Notes: generated by a model not told the origin, from the letters alone. DNA of 64,000 bases, filler included, from Basidiobolus ranarum (GCA_040143965.1; 26 parts of 26 records of this genome joined end to end with filler, not necessarily neighbours in it), one strand, 5' to 3'. Shown: positions 49,366-62,555, counted from the first letter of the whole stretch. Program-made: numbers and translations.

Positions 49366-51725
49366 TCCTTAAGAATCATGCCATTTCTCTGCTTTCTGAC
49401 TTCAGTGATGCACCCTTTGAAGAACTCTGGGAGTCAGCTGGCCACCTGATGAATGCTTCTTCTGAAGAAGCCTCTACCTCTGCTTGACTTCCTGAGATTA
49501 TGCTGTTAAACTGCAACAGCATTCAGCCATCAAGACAAACTCTGGAGAGACTTCTTTCAAGATTTGCAATTCTCTGTTTGATTGATGTTCAATTACCTTC
49601 TACACTTACAACTAACTTTTACTGCTTTACCTCTGCTAGAGCCAAGAATACTTCTAGCATCTGCTTTCTCTCTTCCTCTGTCAATGTCCATGAACTCTGT
49701 ATGCCAATCTGCCTACCCTACTGTGCTGCTCTCCAATTGCCTACATTGAGCTTAGTGCTCTGTTATCTTCCTCCCAAGCTCTGTCTCTCTGAGATTCAGG
49801 CTCTCTGCCACAAGATTCAGCAATACCAACTCTCTTCTTCTGCTCCCATGATACTGCTTGGAGACCTCAATATTCCTCATCCTGAAAACAACACTTCCAT
49901 ATCTTCAAGAGCTAAACCTAGAAATACATTCCTGCTGAAGTTCCTGAGACAATGTCACCTAATCTCACTTGGTGCTCAATCTGAGAAGAGGTGTGTAGAC
50001 TGGATCTGCCCCTCTGCTGCTGCTCTCTGCTTGGTCAATGAAGTCAAGCCATTCTCAGGTGCTCAACTAGGATCCTTTAGAGCTTCTGATCACTCAGCCT
50101 GGTCTCTCTCCTTGCAGCCCATAGTCAAGAGAAAGCTTCCCAAGCTTACTATTTTGACTCATAAGGCTACTCAGAAGCAAAGAAAAGACTTTGGGAACTA
50201 TCTCATGCTCACTAGCCTTCTTCTTTCTCTCCCTGATGATATAGACACTGCTTGGCTCTTTATGAAGCACTTGATCCTGATTTCTGCCAGTCTCTCTCTG
50301 CCTTGCAAAACCTCTACCTCCACTTCAAGAAAATGGGACACCATTGTTTCTGCCCTTCATCAGAGCTACCTGAGTTTTCCTAACCCAAAAACAGAACAAC
50401 TCCTCCTTGTTGCCATTCATCACTCTAAGGCCATTCAACACTCACTCCATACTCAGCTTTGGGATCATATCATGAGCTCTCTGCCACTCCAGTCAGCCAA
50501 TTCTACTACAAGAACTGTCTCTAGAATCTACAGGGCAATGAGGCCCACAACCAGGAAAGTGCCCTCCACTGACAAGCTTGCTAATATTTTCTTTTCTAAA
50601 GTACACCATAACACTGCAGTCTTCCATCCTGAGTTCAGGGACCTACCACTACCACTGTATCTGAACCAAGCAAGGATCTTTGATGTTCTCAAGAAGCTTC
50701 CTAACTCTACAGCTCCTGGTGTTGACACTATCTCCTATGAGCTCCTGAAAACCAACTGTTTGGCAATGTCAGCACTACTTCTACCTCTCTTCCAGCAATG
50801 CTCTTCCCAGCTCAGTACTCCCATGGAATGGTCCTTTGCTAATGTTTTGCCACTCTACAAAGGAAAAGGAAAACACCTGGATCCAAGCTCCTACAGACCT
50901 ATCTCCCTGCTCCCCACTTGTAGAAAGGTACTTGAGCTGTTGATAGCTCAGGAACTCTATACTGATTCTCTCAAGTTTCATCCAGCTCAATTTGGCTTTG
51001 TCCCAAAGCTCTCTCTAGAATATGCAGTAATACTCAGTCAAGATCACACTCTGCAGTGCAAGTATTCATCAGTTCTTTTTGATATTACTAAGGCCTTTGA
51101 TACTGTTGACAGGAATTTACTCTGGAAGAAACTTCAGCAATTCTCTTCCCCTTCTCTCACTCTCCTGGTTAGATCACTGTTCCTGGATCCACAGGCAAAA
51201 ATTCTTCATCCTTCTGAGCAGTCTGCTGTCTACTCTGTGCCTAATGGTGTAGTGCAAGGCTCTGTTCTTGGCCCTATTCTCTTTGCTATCTTTCTGAATG
51301 ACTTCCCCAGTCTCTCCCCAGGCTCTATGGTTACTCTCTTTGCTGATGATATCAGAGTCTCCTCCTCCAATATCCAACAAGACTCTGAGACTATCAGCAA
51401 TTATCTCCAGCAGAACAATCTCCAGCTCTCCTTAGCCAAGACTGTTCCTCTAGGCTGCTCACTCTCTTTGAATGGTTCAACTCTATCTGCTCAGAACTCA
51501 GCTACCTACCTTGGATTTCCTTTCCTTCCTGATGGCTTGGACTCTGCTGCTCATCTCAAGAAAAGAATGGTTTTGGCAAGGCAGGCTCTTCACAAGCTAC
51601 TGGCTGTTACTCCACCTACTACTTCTGCTCCCAGTTGCCTACTTCTCCTCAAACAGTTTGTTTTTCCAGTTCTAGAATTTGGCTTACCTCTTCTTTCTCT
51701 CACTTCCAGGGACTTCACCAAACTT
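49366..51725 (+). mobile_element. Non-LTR retrotransposon (LINE): end of an upstream ORF (stop 49485-49487) and uninterrupted APE-RT ORF from 49500, 3' truncated by the contig end
   Basis: APE motifs LLNCNS, YLPP, GDLN, VDWI, SDH. RT motifs APGVD, YRPISLL, QFGF, DITKAFDTV, GVVQGSVLGP, FADD, YLG. Confidence 0.95.
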
Positions 51726-52889
51726 NNNNNNNNNNNNNNNNNNNNNNNNNNNNNNNNNNNNNNNNNNNNTTAATTAATTAANNNNNNNNNNNNNNNNNNN
51801 NNNNNNNNNNNNNNNNNNNNNNNNNCCAGCAGCAATGGCTAGTAGACCCAATAAGTGAAGGCTCCACATCTGAAGAAGAGATTGTTGATACAAACTAACC
51901 ACAAACTAGACCAGACAAGGCAATGTACACCACAATGCATTGACCTTGAGCCACAACTCATGATGGCCAAGGTAGAGGAACTTCAGCAGGATCAAACCAA
52001 CCAACCTAGTGCAGAGGTTCATGCAAAGTTTCTTCTGTGGAAATATCAACAAGTTAACAAAAATAACAGAAGTAAATCAGCAAGTACAGCTTCAAACCTG
52101 GGCAACTGCTGAACACTCTTGTTAATACTTACATTGGCCTATCTTTACTGTTTAGCACATCATGCAAATTAACATATACTGCAGTTAAATATAGCATATA
52201 TTGCTTTAGTTTCATCACAATTGCTTATGTCTTTATGAAACACTAATAGTCTAAATTGTCATATATCAAAAAAATTAATTATAGCCTAAAAATATAAGCC
52301 ACTTCACTGCAACTAAATGAAAAATGTCTGGCAATAAAAAGCTTGTGCAGCTGTATTTGCCTGATATGGCTCAATCCGTTCACATTGTCACCCAATCAGA
52401 AGCTGACATGATTAAATGAATAATTTTCTGATCCAGAAATATTGAATCAAGCAATCCTGATGAATACTATGATACCAAAGATTGATCCATCATCATGTGC
52501 TGTAATTTGTCACTGGTGTTCCAAAACTACTGGTATTTCATAATACAGGAGCCAATGTGCCCTATTGAAGATCAGGATATTCTGTTAGTGAGAGAAATAT
52601 GATTGGCCTAAAAGTATGTGAATGTCTTGGGTATTTATTTGATTGGGTAAGTTACAGTAAAAATAGCTTATTGTTACACCATAAATAATTGGTAAGTTAT
52701 AAACTAGGGATGAACTTGCTTTTTCAGCTACCCAAAATCTTAATTTGGCAATACTAAATTAGGTCACTTGGTATGGACTGTCACAATATCTCCAAAAAGG
52801 TCATTGTGTCCAATTGTGGTGAGATAGTGCCATATTGTTCCTTAGAGTGTCCAATCAAGTATTACAGGACCTAGCCACAGATTGAAATC

Positions 52890-54185
52890 CTGAATGAGAA
52901 AGGATGGAGGTAGTAGCATGTTGCTGTAACTCAAGTACAGCACTCTGAATATCTTGTATCATAGTTAAGCATTTCTTGAACTGATGACCAGTGGTTTCAG
53001 ATCCCCCCATTAATTGCAATATTGCAGCGTTATTGCTTGCCTTGGCCTGTATAGCAACTTCATAGTTTTTACTTATGATTTCATAAAATCATTGGCACAT
53101 TCTGCCTAAGATTCCTCTTTGAGAATGATTTTATTCAGAAAGTCTCTGGAGGTTATTCAATGGTTGCCTAAGTATGCATCTTGGAAGATGATAGTCATAA
53201 GAGTGTTTCTTTTTAACTTTGCTACACTATAGATTTGGTACATGAGTGGGGGATTGCAACCTCTTCACTTGCACAATTGCCAGAAAGGAACATATCTGGT
53301 GAATGGATTAATGCTTCATTTTTAAATGAGTTAGTGTCCAGCATGTTAATTCCTTCCAAAGTGGATGGTGGATAGCTAGACTGCTCATGAATCAAGTCTT
53401 TTGATCTTGTTGCTTTTCTTCTATCCTGCCTATAGGCTTTGGCCTAGAAGCCAATTTTGATTTCAACTTTGAATGTTTTTGAAGGCATGGAAATGTTCAA
53501 ATGGTTAACTTGGTTTATAAAATTGCTTAAAACAACTTATAATAGAGCGAAAATGCTATCCAATATCATGAATATCTTTTAAAACACCTGCTGCCATATA
53601 TGTGAAACTATCTCCAAATCAGCTGATGATATCGATGATATATACCTAAAATGCACCCTTCAGCAGTTGGTGTCATGGCAAAATGTTGATTCTCATATTT
53701 GGCATGCGTTTTTTATTATCCAACAATTTTTGCAAAAAACTAATTATTGAATCACAAATTACTGGGTTTAGTGCCGTAGGAATTCAAATTAATACAAAAG
53801 ACTGTATGTATATGTTTCATGATTTGTATTCCAGCCATAATGAGAACCAAAAAAATACAGGTATCTTGTTGTGTTTAGTCCGTACATATGCACGTACTTG
53901 ATAGATTTGACATAACTCAACAACAGCAGTATGCTTTACCTGCAAACTAATGTTGGAAGAATTACTACACATCTGAAATTTCAAACAGCACTGACACTTT
54001 GTGAATAGCTGACTCTTATTACCATTGACAATGAGAATAAGCTCTTTGATTTTGGCAAATTTACATTAATAATTCAGCCAAAATAACACCTACTTGCAGT
54101 CAACAAATGTCCCACCACAAGTAGATAAGTCATTGTTTGAACAGATTATCCCATGGCTAAAACAATAATACTGCATATCTTGATC
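52890..54185 (-). mobile_element. CMC-like fragments: second gene (~52890-53660) and transposase tail (~53680-54185)
   Basis: Homologous to 29760-30540 and 40220-40710 respectively. Confidence 0.8.
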
Positions 54186-54983
54186 NNNNNNNNNNNNNNN
54201 NNNNNNNNNNNNNNNNNNNNNNNNNNNNNTTAATTAATTAANNNNNNNNNNNNNNNNNNNNNNNNNNNNNNNNNNNNNNNNNNNNTTTATTATCCTAATT
54301 ATTTCAATTATGTGTAATTGCATGGAAATTAAATAATAAACTGCATCAGCAAAGTTAATCATGGTTTGATCCAAATCAATTTATTTAGCGCATATATCAA
54401 AACGGCTCAAAGTGCAATGCATTATGCTTCATCACAATATAGGATATTAACTTTGACATTTTAACCAATAATATAAAAAGATCCCTAATTCTGATTGAAA
54501 CCAATAAAGTCTAACATCATAGATATATATGGTAGTTACATATAGGGAATAAGAGGAATTGGAGGTCTTCACTTATTGATTTGTGGTGTAGAAAGTTGAC
54601 ATTTATAGCTTTGTTAAGATGTAGACTAACAAACATGAAGAATATGTTAAGGAAGGTCCCAGGAACGTGTGTGCAAAGTTTGAGGCTTCTAGCACAAATA
54701 TGCAAAATCTATATATCTGAGAACTTCTAGGTTGGTAAAAGTCTTCTAAGAAAATTCTGATTGAGAAAAATGGATAATATCTTAGTGAAATATAAGGTAA
54801 CTAAGTACTAAGCTATATTTGACTATATAGATGCTTAGGCATTGATAAATTCAACACTGTCCCTCAACTAAACAGTTATATAAACTGATCCTAACAAAGG
54901 TCTAATTTTCTCAAATTTTTGTCTAGCTAATAGTTTGGTTAATATATCAGCAATCATGTCTTCTGTAGAGCAATGAGTTAAGT

Positions 54984-55165
54984 GGACTTGTTCTCTGTGA
55001 CAGTGCCAGATTGTGCTGTATATATCATATTGGATAAAATATTCTAAAATTTAGGTGGCACAATTTGGCACTATCCATCACCCTCTGGCATGATCAATTT
55101 CAATCACACTTACTCTAATATGTTGATCCAAGGTCCGATAAATCCTGGCACAATGGAATAAGTCC
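54984..55165. mobile_element. 182-bp MITE, second copy; apparent 3-bp TSD AGT
   Basis: Reverse complement of 23631-23812. Host TTAAGTCAA is split as ttaAGT[MITE]AGTcaa. Confidence 0.88.
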
Positions 55166-55869
55166 AGTCAATTAACTTATTCTCTATAGTCTCTCTAATG
55201 AAGTGATGCCTAATATCTATATGTTTGCTTCTATTATGAAACAAGGGATCTTTAGCTAATTTGATACTGATTTGATCAACTTGAAATATTGTTGTTTGTG
55301 AACTTTGAGAATAACCCGAATCTGTTAAGATTTTTCTTAACCATATTGCTTCTTTTGTTGCTTCACAGGTAGCCATATGTTCAGCTTCTGTTTTTGAATG
55401 TGCTATGACAGGCTGTTTCTTTGAATTTTCAAGAAATAGCACCATTACAGCAAAGAAACAAGTATCCTGTTGTAGATGTCTTGTCTTCACTATCTCTTCT
55501 CAATTTGCATCTGAGTATTCCATCAGATCAATATTTGATCCAGAAAATATGTATTCTAAGCATAGATCCACAGTATCTTTCAAATATCTGAAAATCTGCT
55601 TAACTGCTATGAATTATTTAGATCCAAAATTTGAAGATATTGGCACATAACTGCCGCAGAATATGCAATATCTGGCCATGCTCAACCATAATGTACATCA
55701 AACTACCCATCATAGATTGATAAGGAAATTTTTGGCTTTCATATGAATCAAAGAATATCAGATTTGAGCCATTTTTGGTCAAGTTACAATTTGTCTCCAT
55801 TCAGACAGATACTGGATTATATTCTTTCACTTTAAACTTCTTTAGTATATATCTAGGATATACTTAGAC

Positions 55870-56217
55870 TGTTGAAATTAGCTTTGCCCAAACATCTATA
55901 TAGTCCTATATAGCTTAGTACTTAGTTATCTTATAATACACTATGATTATATCCATTATTCTCAATTGGAATTCACTTTGAATATTTTTACCACCTTAGA
56001 TGTTCTCAGATATATAGATTATTGAAACTAGTGTTAGAAGCCCCAAACTTTGCACATATGCTCCAGGGACCTTCCTTAACACATTCTATATCTTTGTTTG
56101 TTTATATCTTGATAGAACAATAAATATCAACTTTATACTCAATATATCAATCAATAAAAACCACCAACTCCTCTAATTCTCCAAACCACTTCCAACAGGC
56201 TCCCAAATACTTTAACA
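55870..56217 (+). mobile_element. Solo LTR-A with TSD TAGAC
   Basis: TGTTGAAATT...TTTAACA, 348 bp, TAGAC on both sides. Confidence 0.93.
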
Positions 56218-56745
56218 TAGACTGGTTTAATGTTATTGTTTTGGTGGTTCTATCTATCTTAATTTGGATTCCAAGATAATACATCAGATCACTAAGATCA
56301 GTCATTTTGAATTTGGCTGATAAGCTAGATTTGGTTTTCTCCAAAGTCTTCAAGTCATTGGTTGCTATAATGGGGTCATCAATATATAAGGCTAATATAA
56401 CTGGGTTTGTCTTATATGGCCTCAAGTAGATACTATAGTCAGCATTACTCTTTTGGAATTTGGGTATTTCCAAAAATCATCTATCTTGCTGTTCCAAGCT
56501 CTTACATATTGTTTTAAGCATAGAGTGTTTTCCAGAGTCTGCAAACTTTTTTAGGGTTTTCTGGTTCCACAAATCCATCTGGCCAGTATATAGATCTCCT
56601 CGGCAAGCTCACCATTCCAAAAAGCTCTTTTAAATCCATTTGATGNNNNNNNNNNNNNNNNNNNNNNNNNNNNNNNNNNNNNNNNNNNNTTAATTAATTA
56701 ANNNNNNNNNNNNNNNNNNNNNNNNNNNNNNNNNNNNNNNNNNNN

Positions 56746-57055
56746 TGAAGTTCTCCAAGGCGAACTTGTTCTTTAGCTCATTTTTAAGGGAGTTGTTACC
56801 ACTGCGACCACGGTTGTATTGGTCAAGCTTTGTCTTTAAAAATTGATCCACTAAAATAAATGCACAAATGTGTTAATGCTGCATCTCATGCTGCCATTGT
56901 TACGACATCACACTTGTACCTTTGTTAGAGTCAGCTCCTTGTTTGATCTTGACAATGTAACGGTTGGAAACATCAACGATTTGAGCTTCAGAAATTGGTA
57001 TAGCCAAAAGCACAGCAATTAGTGAGCCGATTGTAAGAATGCGAATATTCACCAT
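56746..57055 (-). CDS. Secreted subtilisin-like (S8) protease: signal peptide and I9 propeptide; 5' part only
   Basis: MVNIRILTIGSLIAVLLAIPISEA QIVDVSNRYIVKIK...; intron 56919-56851; then ...NELKNKFALENF. TATAAAA at about 57121-57127. Catalytic domain is outside the contig. Confidence 0.7.
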
Positions 57056-58199
57056 TGTTTTTCAAAACCAAAGTAGTAGGACTGAAGCAGTTGATGAGAT
57101 ATTGTTCAACTTTCATCATATTTTATATGTTTTTGATACAACTGATGAATTTATTGTATAGATTACGAAAGTAGGTTTTCATTAATCTGCAGGTCATTTG
57201 ACTTGTTACAAACTTCCCTTCCCAGTTGGGCTCTATTCATGAAGAGTAACTGGGCATTATTCTCAGGCAAAAGCCAGTCACTATAACAACACTTCACACG
57301 CAGCTTGCGCCATTATTGTTACACAAAACTTCGTTATCCATTGCAGCTTCTTCTCAACAACCAACTGGTTTCTCCTGATGAAAAGCATCCGGGTACTCGA
57401 AATGTTTTATTGATAAAAATATTGTTAGTTCTAAATTAATCCCACATATTTCCCTTAAATCCTGATGTTCTGGCTAATCATTTCCATATTAGTCGTTTAC
57501 GATAGATGAAAATGAGACTGTTCCCGGCATTCAGTTGTCTTGGTATCTTCCCAGGTAAGTTTTAAGTTCATGTTTCGATGATATAGCGATGTGTTATATT
57601 TTTCTCATGATACAATCCAGCAATACGGTTATGTCATAAAATCAATCACATATTTTGGAAAATAATATTGAATTTTATCTACATGAGCATTGTTACCGAT
57701 ACACTTACCCGGTATAGTTTGAATACTAACTTTACCTGTTCGGTGAGCGTATTTTTCCTTTTGAGAGTTAAAAGTCATATCTCGTATCAAATACGGAGGC
57801 AAAAAGCACACATACCTCAGTATTTGTCCCACGAGTGACTAATAGCACATGAGTAAAACCGTCGGAACTGGATGTGTTGGAATTTACTATGAGTGACTGG
57901 TACTCGGAATTTCATGTGATGAGGTGTATTATCATTTGTACTTGATAATATTAGGATGTGCGTGGTACAACTACAACCTGAACCTAACTCATTTTTTTCT
58001 AAGATATATGGTTGTTCTAATCCTACATACCTGGCGATAATGATCTAATTAGCAACTTTGTGTACGAATACATATATGTATCTTTCGAAAGTATTGGACT
58101 TAGAATTAGAAATAGGATCTAACTAGAGCTCTTCCGTGGTAAATTCCTAATTGTCCTTGTAAAACTTTCGTGGAATTTGTCTACAGCAAAAGAGAATAT

Positions 58200-58271
58200 A
58201 GGCTCAACCAGGAATTGAACCCGGGACCTCCACGACCCGAACGAGGAATCATACTACTAGACCATTGAGCC
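58200..58271 (-). tRNA. tRNA-Pro(CGG)
   Basis: GGCTCAA TG GTCTAGTAGTATGAT T CCTCG TTCGGGT CGTGG AGGTC CCGGG TTCAATT CCTGG TTGAGCC. Perfect acceptor stem and typical tRNA-Pro sequence. D-loop has AG instead of GG and the anticodon stem has one T-T mismatch. Confidence 0.8.
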
Positions 58272-58949
58272 CTGGTTGTCAAATCGGAAGCAAACTTAAT
58301 TCTCGTTGTTGATATATTTTATAAGGTTAGTTCGGCTTAGATTGAAAAGCAAGCGTTTGTGAACTCCAGATATTACTTCTCATTTTTATAGTTATGCTGA
58401 TTGGTTGAATATATTTGCCGTTGAGTGCCCAAGGGTAAATAGGGTAAAATATGTTTTGTACTAAAACTGTTTAAAGTTATTTCCCACTTACACTAGTATT
58501 AATATTGGTAACGACCATTCAAAGCCGCTTTTAAGTCAACTGTAACTTAGGCTTTGCTGAGAAGCAATAATTTTATTGTAATTCACGATATTTCGTAGCG
58601 GGATCGCCAAAGTTACCATCCCTAAATAATTAGGCTAAATTGACAACAACTGAAATGAATACATTAACTGAGAGCAGGCCTGAACTTTTAGAGCTAAAGT
58701 AATATCACACATTCCATCATTTTACATTCCTGAGATGTCAAGTACAGGGAATACTTTGTAACTTGCTTAATGCTGAAAGTGTGAGAAATGCATCACAACT
58801 ATTTATTATAATACCAGTCATGAACACCTATTTTACCTTGTCTCATTGGTCTCATGAAGCACTGGACTATCCCAAGCATTGATTTCATCTTTATGAGGTA
58901 TTATTTTTATGACCTACAACATCCAGTAGTAAGAGTAAATTAGACCTGC

Positions 58950-59104
58950 TGTCACAATAAGGAACTGGACAAGGACTGGAAATAACAACAAGAGTGTTGG
59001 ATAATTAATCTTTATTCAACATCATAGTTAACTTTAGTTATGATACATATATCAGAAACAGAAAGCAACGTATCTATAGCCCCTATATTCTAAATAGGTA
59101 TATC
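58950..59104. mobile_element. Inverted LTR-C end interrupted by LTR-E (from 58995)
   Basis: TGTCACAATAAGGAAC... followed by TGTTGGATAATTAATC. Confidence 0.8.
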
Positions 59105-59204
59105 NNNNNNNNNNNNNNNNNNNNNNNNNNNNNNNNNNNNNNNNNNNNTTAATTAATTAANNNNNNNNNNNNNNNNNNNNNNNNNNNNNNNNNNNNNNNN
59201 NNNN

Positions 59205-60383
59205 AAACCAGTCTAAGTATATCCTAGGAATACTAAAGAAGCTTAAAGTAAAAGAATGTAATCCAGTATCTACCCCATTGGAGACAAATCTTGATTTGAC
59301 CAAAAATGGCTCAAATCAGATGTTTTTAGATTCAAATCAAAGCCCCAAATTTCCTTATCAATCTATGGTTGCTACTTTGATGTATATCATAGTTAGAACA
59401 TGGACAAATATTGCACATTCTGTGGGAGTTATATGTCAATATCTTCAAAATTATGGATCTGATCTAATCATAGCAGTTAAGTGGTTTTCAGATATTTGAA
59501 AGGTACTGTGGATCTATGCTTCAACTTCACACATTCTGGATCAAGCTTTGATATGATGGGATATTCAGATGAAATTGGGGAAGAGATATGGAAGACCAGA
59601 GATCTACAATAGGTTACTGATTTCTTTGCTGTAATGGAGCTATTTCTTGGAATTCAAAGAAACAACCTACTGTAGCACTTTCAACAACAGAAGCTGAATA
59701 CAAAGCTGCCTGTAAAGCAACCAAAGAAGCAGTATGCTTAAGAAAACTCTTAACAGATTTGGGTTATTCTCAAAATTCACCAACCACAATATTTCAAGAT
59801 AATCAAAGTTGTATCAAATTAGCTAAAAATCCCACATCTCAAAACAGAAGCAAACATATGGATATTAATCATCATTTTATTAGAGAGACTATAGAGAATA
59901 AGTTTATTGACTTAACTTATTGCTCTACTGAAGACATAATTGCTGATATATTAACCAAGCCATTAGCTAAATAGAAATTTGAGAAATTTTGACCTTTATT
60001 AGGATTAGTTTATATGACTGTTTAGACAAGGGAGAGTGTTAGAATTAGCATGGCCTAAACACCTGTATAGTCATATATAGCTTAGTACTTAGTTGCCTTA
60101 TAATTCACTATGATATTATCACTTATTCTCAATTGGAATTTACTTGGAATATTTATACTAACTTATAAGTAATCAGATATAACATTTTTCAAACTTGTGC
60201 TAGAAGCCCTAATCTTTGCACACATGTTCCTGGGACATTCCTTAACACATTCTACATGTTAGCATGCTTACATCTTGACAAAACTGTAAATGTCAACTTT
60301 CCACTCAATAAATAAGTAAGTGGAAACAACTAATTCCTCAACTTCTCCAAACTACTTTCAACAGGCTTGCAAATACTTCAACA
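59205..60383 (+). mobile_element. Copia A RT/RNase H, PPT and 3' LTR (60037-60383)
   Basis: KKQPTVALSTTEAEY, IADILTKPL; PPT AAGGGAGAG. Confidence 0.93.
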
Positions 60384-60599
60384 TTGATATCAGTTAGATA
60401 CAGCAAGCTCAGTACCATTGGTCTTATATCAATATAATCATATTATTACATTCCATCACCTGAAGACTTTAGCCATAGCCAAATTCATATATTTGCCAAA
60501 TAAAAAATGACTGATCTATTTTAACTAGCTTTGCCTAAGCACCTATAAAGTCATACCCAGGTTGGCATATAGCTATATTATATTGCTCAAAGATATTTC

Positions 60600-61563
60600 T
60601 TATTATCATATCATCAGATTCAAGTATTATATCTAGGTTGATATTATTGATGCAGAGAGCATTGATGATTTTAATTGTTGTGAAGGTCTTAAAGTATATG
60701 AGTTGAATTGCTTTTTTTGGATGGAAAAGATATTTCAAGAAGATTTGATTGCTTTTGAACCTGTATGCATGAGGAGCTTGTTTAAGACCATATATACATC
60801 TCTGTAGTTTACACACTTGCCCTAACAAAAATGAAATTAATTTGATCCAGATCAGATACACCCTCTGAAATAGCAAAACCATCAGAGAACCATCACAATA
60901 TTGGTGGCTTGCATTCTGCCAGGGATTCTGAAGATGTGATGGCAGTTTCTTGATGGTATTTTGACGGTATTTATACATGTTTAAATATTTATCCTTGAAC
61001 TTGGCATGCATTATTTAATATCTAGCAATTTTTGCAAAACTCTGATTTTCAAATGGCAAATTACTGGGTTTACTGCTGTAGAAATTCAAATTAATATGCA
61101 TGCCTTTGTTTGGATGTTTTAGGCTTTGTATTCCAGTCATAATGAGAATCAAAAAATACAAGAATCTTGTTGTGATTAGTCCCTACATATGTGCATACAT
61201 AACTGATTAGACATAACTCAACAACATCAATATGCTTAACCAACAAACTAATGGTGGACAAATTGCTAAACATCTGAGATTTTGAATAGCAATGAAACTT
61301 GGCAAATAGCTGACTCTTGTTACCATTCACAATGAGAATAAGTGCTTGGATTTTGGCAAATTTTGGTAAAGAATTTAGCCAATACATCCCCAACTTGCAG
61401 TCAACAAATGTCCAGCCACAAGTAGATGTGTCATTGTTTGAATAGAATACCCCATGGCTAAAACAATAATACTGCATATCTCCATCTATCTCACCAAGAA
61501 GTCTGTCTTGCAGCTTTCCTAAAAATACCGTCAGACTATCACACAAATAAATTAGTCCGATTA
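60600..61563 (-). mobile_element. CMC transposase tail and right end (60820) joined to a copia RT fragment
   Basis: ORF 61091-61546; CCCTAACAAAAA at 60820; then QVCKLQRCIYGLKQAP. Confidence 0.88.
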
Positions 61564-61663
61564 NNNNNNNNNNNNNNNNNNNNNNNNNNNNNNNNNNNNN
61601 NNNNNNNTTAATTAATTAANNNNNNNNNNNNNNNNNNNNNNNNNNNNNNNNNNNNNNNNNNNN

Positions 61664-62200
61664 AAATAAGTGACATGTTGTACTGCTTACTAAATTGAAT
61701 TCCATGATGTATTGTTCCTTTCAGATAGCATATTATCTGTTTCATAGCTATCCAATGTTCCATTGCAGGATTTTGCATATATTTGCGTACTATGCTTACT
61801 GCTGTAGCAATATCAGGCCTAGTACCAGTTGTTGCATATATATGACTTCCAAGTGCACTATGGTAAGGAATATGTTTCATGATTTCAATATCTTCAGAGG
61901 TCTTTGGTTCCATATTCTTAGTGAGTTTTGGCATACATATTGGATTTGAAGCTGTTTTACATTCTGACTTATTAAATCTGTTTAAAACATCTCCAATATA
62001 TTTTTCTTGTGTAATGCAGAGTGTTCCAATGGTGGAATTTTGATGTATCTGCATTCCAAGACAATATGCCAGTGATTCAAGATCTCGCATTTCAAACTTG
62101 GTAGATAGCCAGGTCTTAGTTTGTTTGATCAGATTTGGGCAGTTACTAACTATTCTGATATCATCAGAATAGAAAGCAATTATCACTTTGGTTGCTATGC
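61664..62200 (-). mobile_element. Copia RT fragment
   Basis: FEMRDLE, TRPDIATAVS, HWIAMKQIICYLKGT. Confidence 0.92.
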
Positions 62201-62291
62201 TTTTTGGAAGAAGACTCAAATTCACTTGCTGCTACCATGCAGGAGGATCTTGACATAGTGGGGGTAGACTTTGGGTATTAGAAGCACCCTA

Positions 62292-62555
62292 TGATAGCAT
62301 GTTTTTAGTTACTGTATTCTTAGGAGTATATATTTACTCATATAGTAGAAAAGTAACTTAATTGGTTGAGATATTCAGCAGTTTGTGAAATAAGATATAA
62401 TAGATAGGTGGGGGTAATAACACATACTTTTTACATAGATATAGAGATATTCCTATTTAGGATATAGGGGTAAAAGATATGTTGCTTTCACTTTCTGATA
62501 AATGTATCAAAAATAACATCAACTATATTGTTGAATAAGGATTAATTATCAAACA
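62292..62555 (-). mobile_element. LTR-like repeat family E, full length
   Basis: TG...CA termini; reverse complement of 36737-36951. Confidence 0.75.

Larger units (their letters stand above)
54555..56645 (-). mobile_element. Copia A RT-RNase H-PPT-3' LTR, interrupted by a MITE and a solo LTR
   Basis: LALYIDD, PYQSMMGSLMY, RSKHIDIRHHFIRE. LTR starts at 54856. Confidence 0.92.
2378..61663. other. 25 artificial contig linkers (N44-TTAATTAATTAA-N44, 100 nt each)
   Basis: Identical linkers start at 2378, 4853, 7327, 9800, 12272, 14744, 17215, 19685, 22154, 24623, 27091, 29557, 32023, 34488, 36952, 39416, 41880, 44343, 46805, 49266, 51726, 54186, 56646, 59105 and 61564. Contig lengths never increase (2375 down to 2359). 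The 12-mer gives stops in all six frames. Confidence 0.99.
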
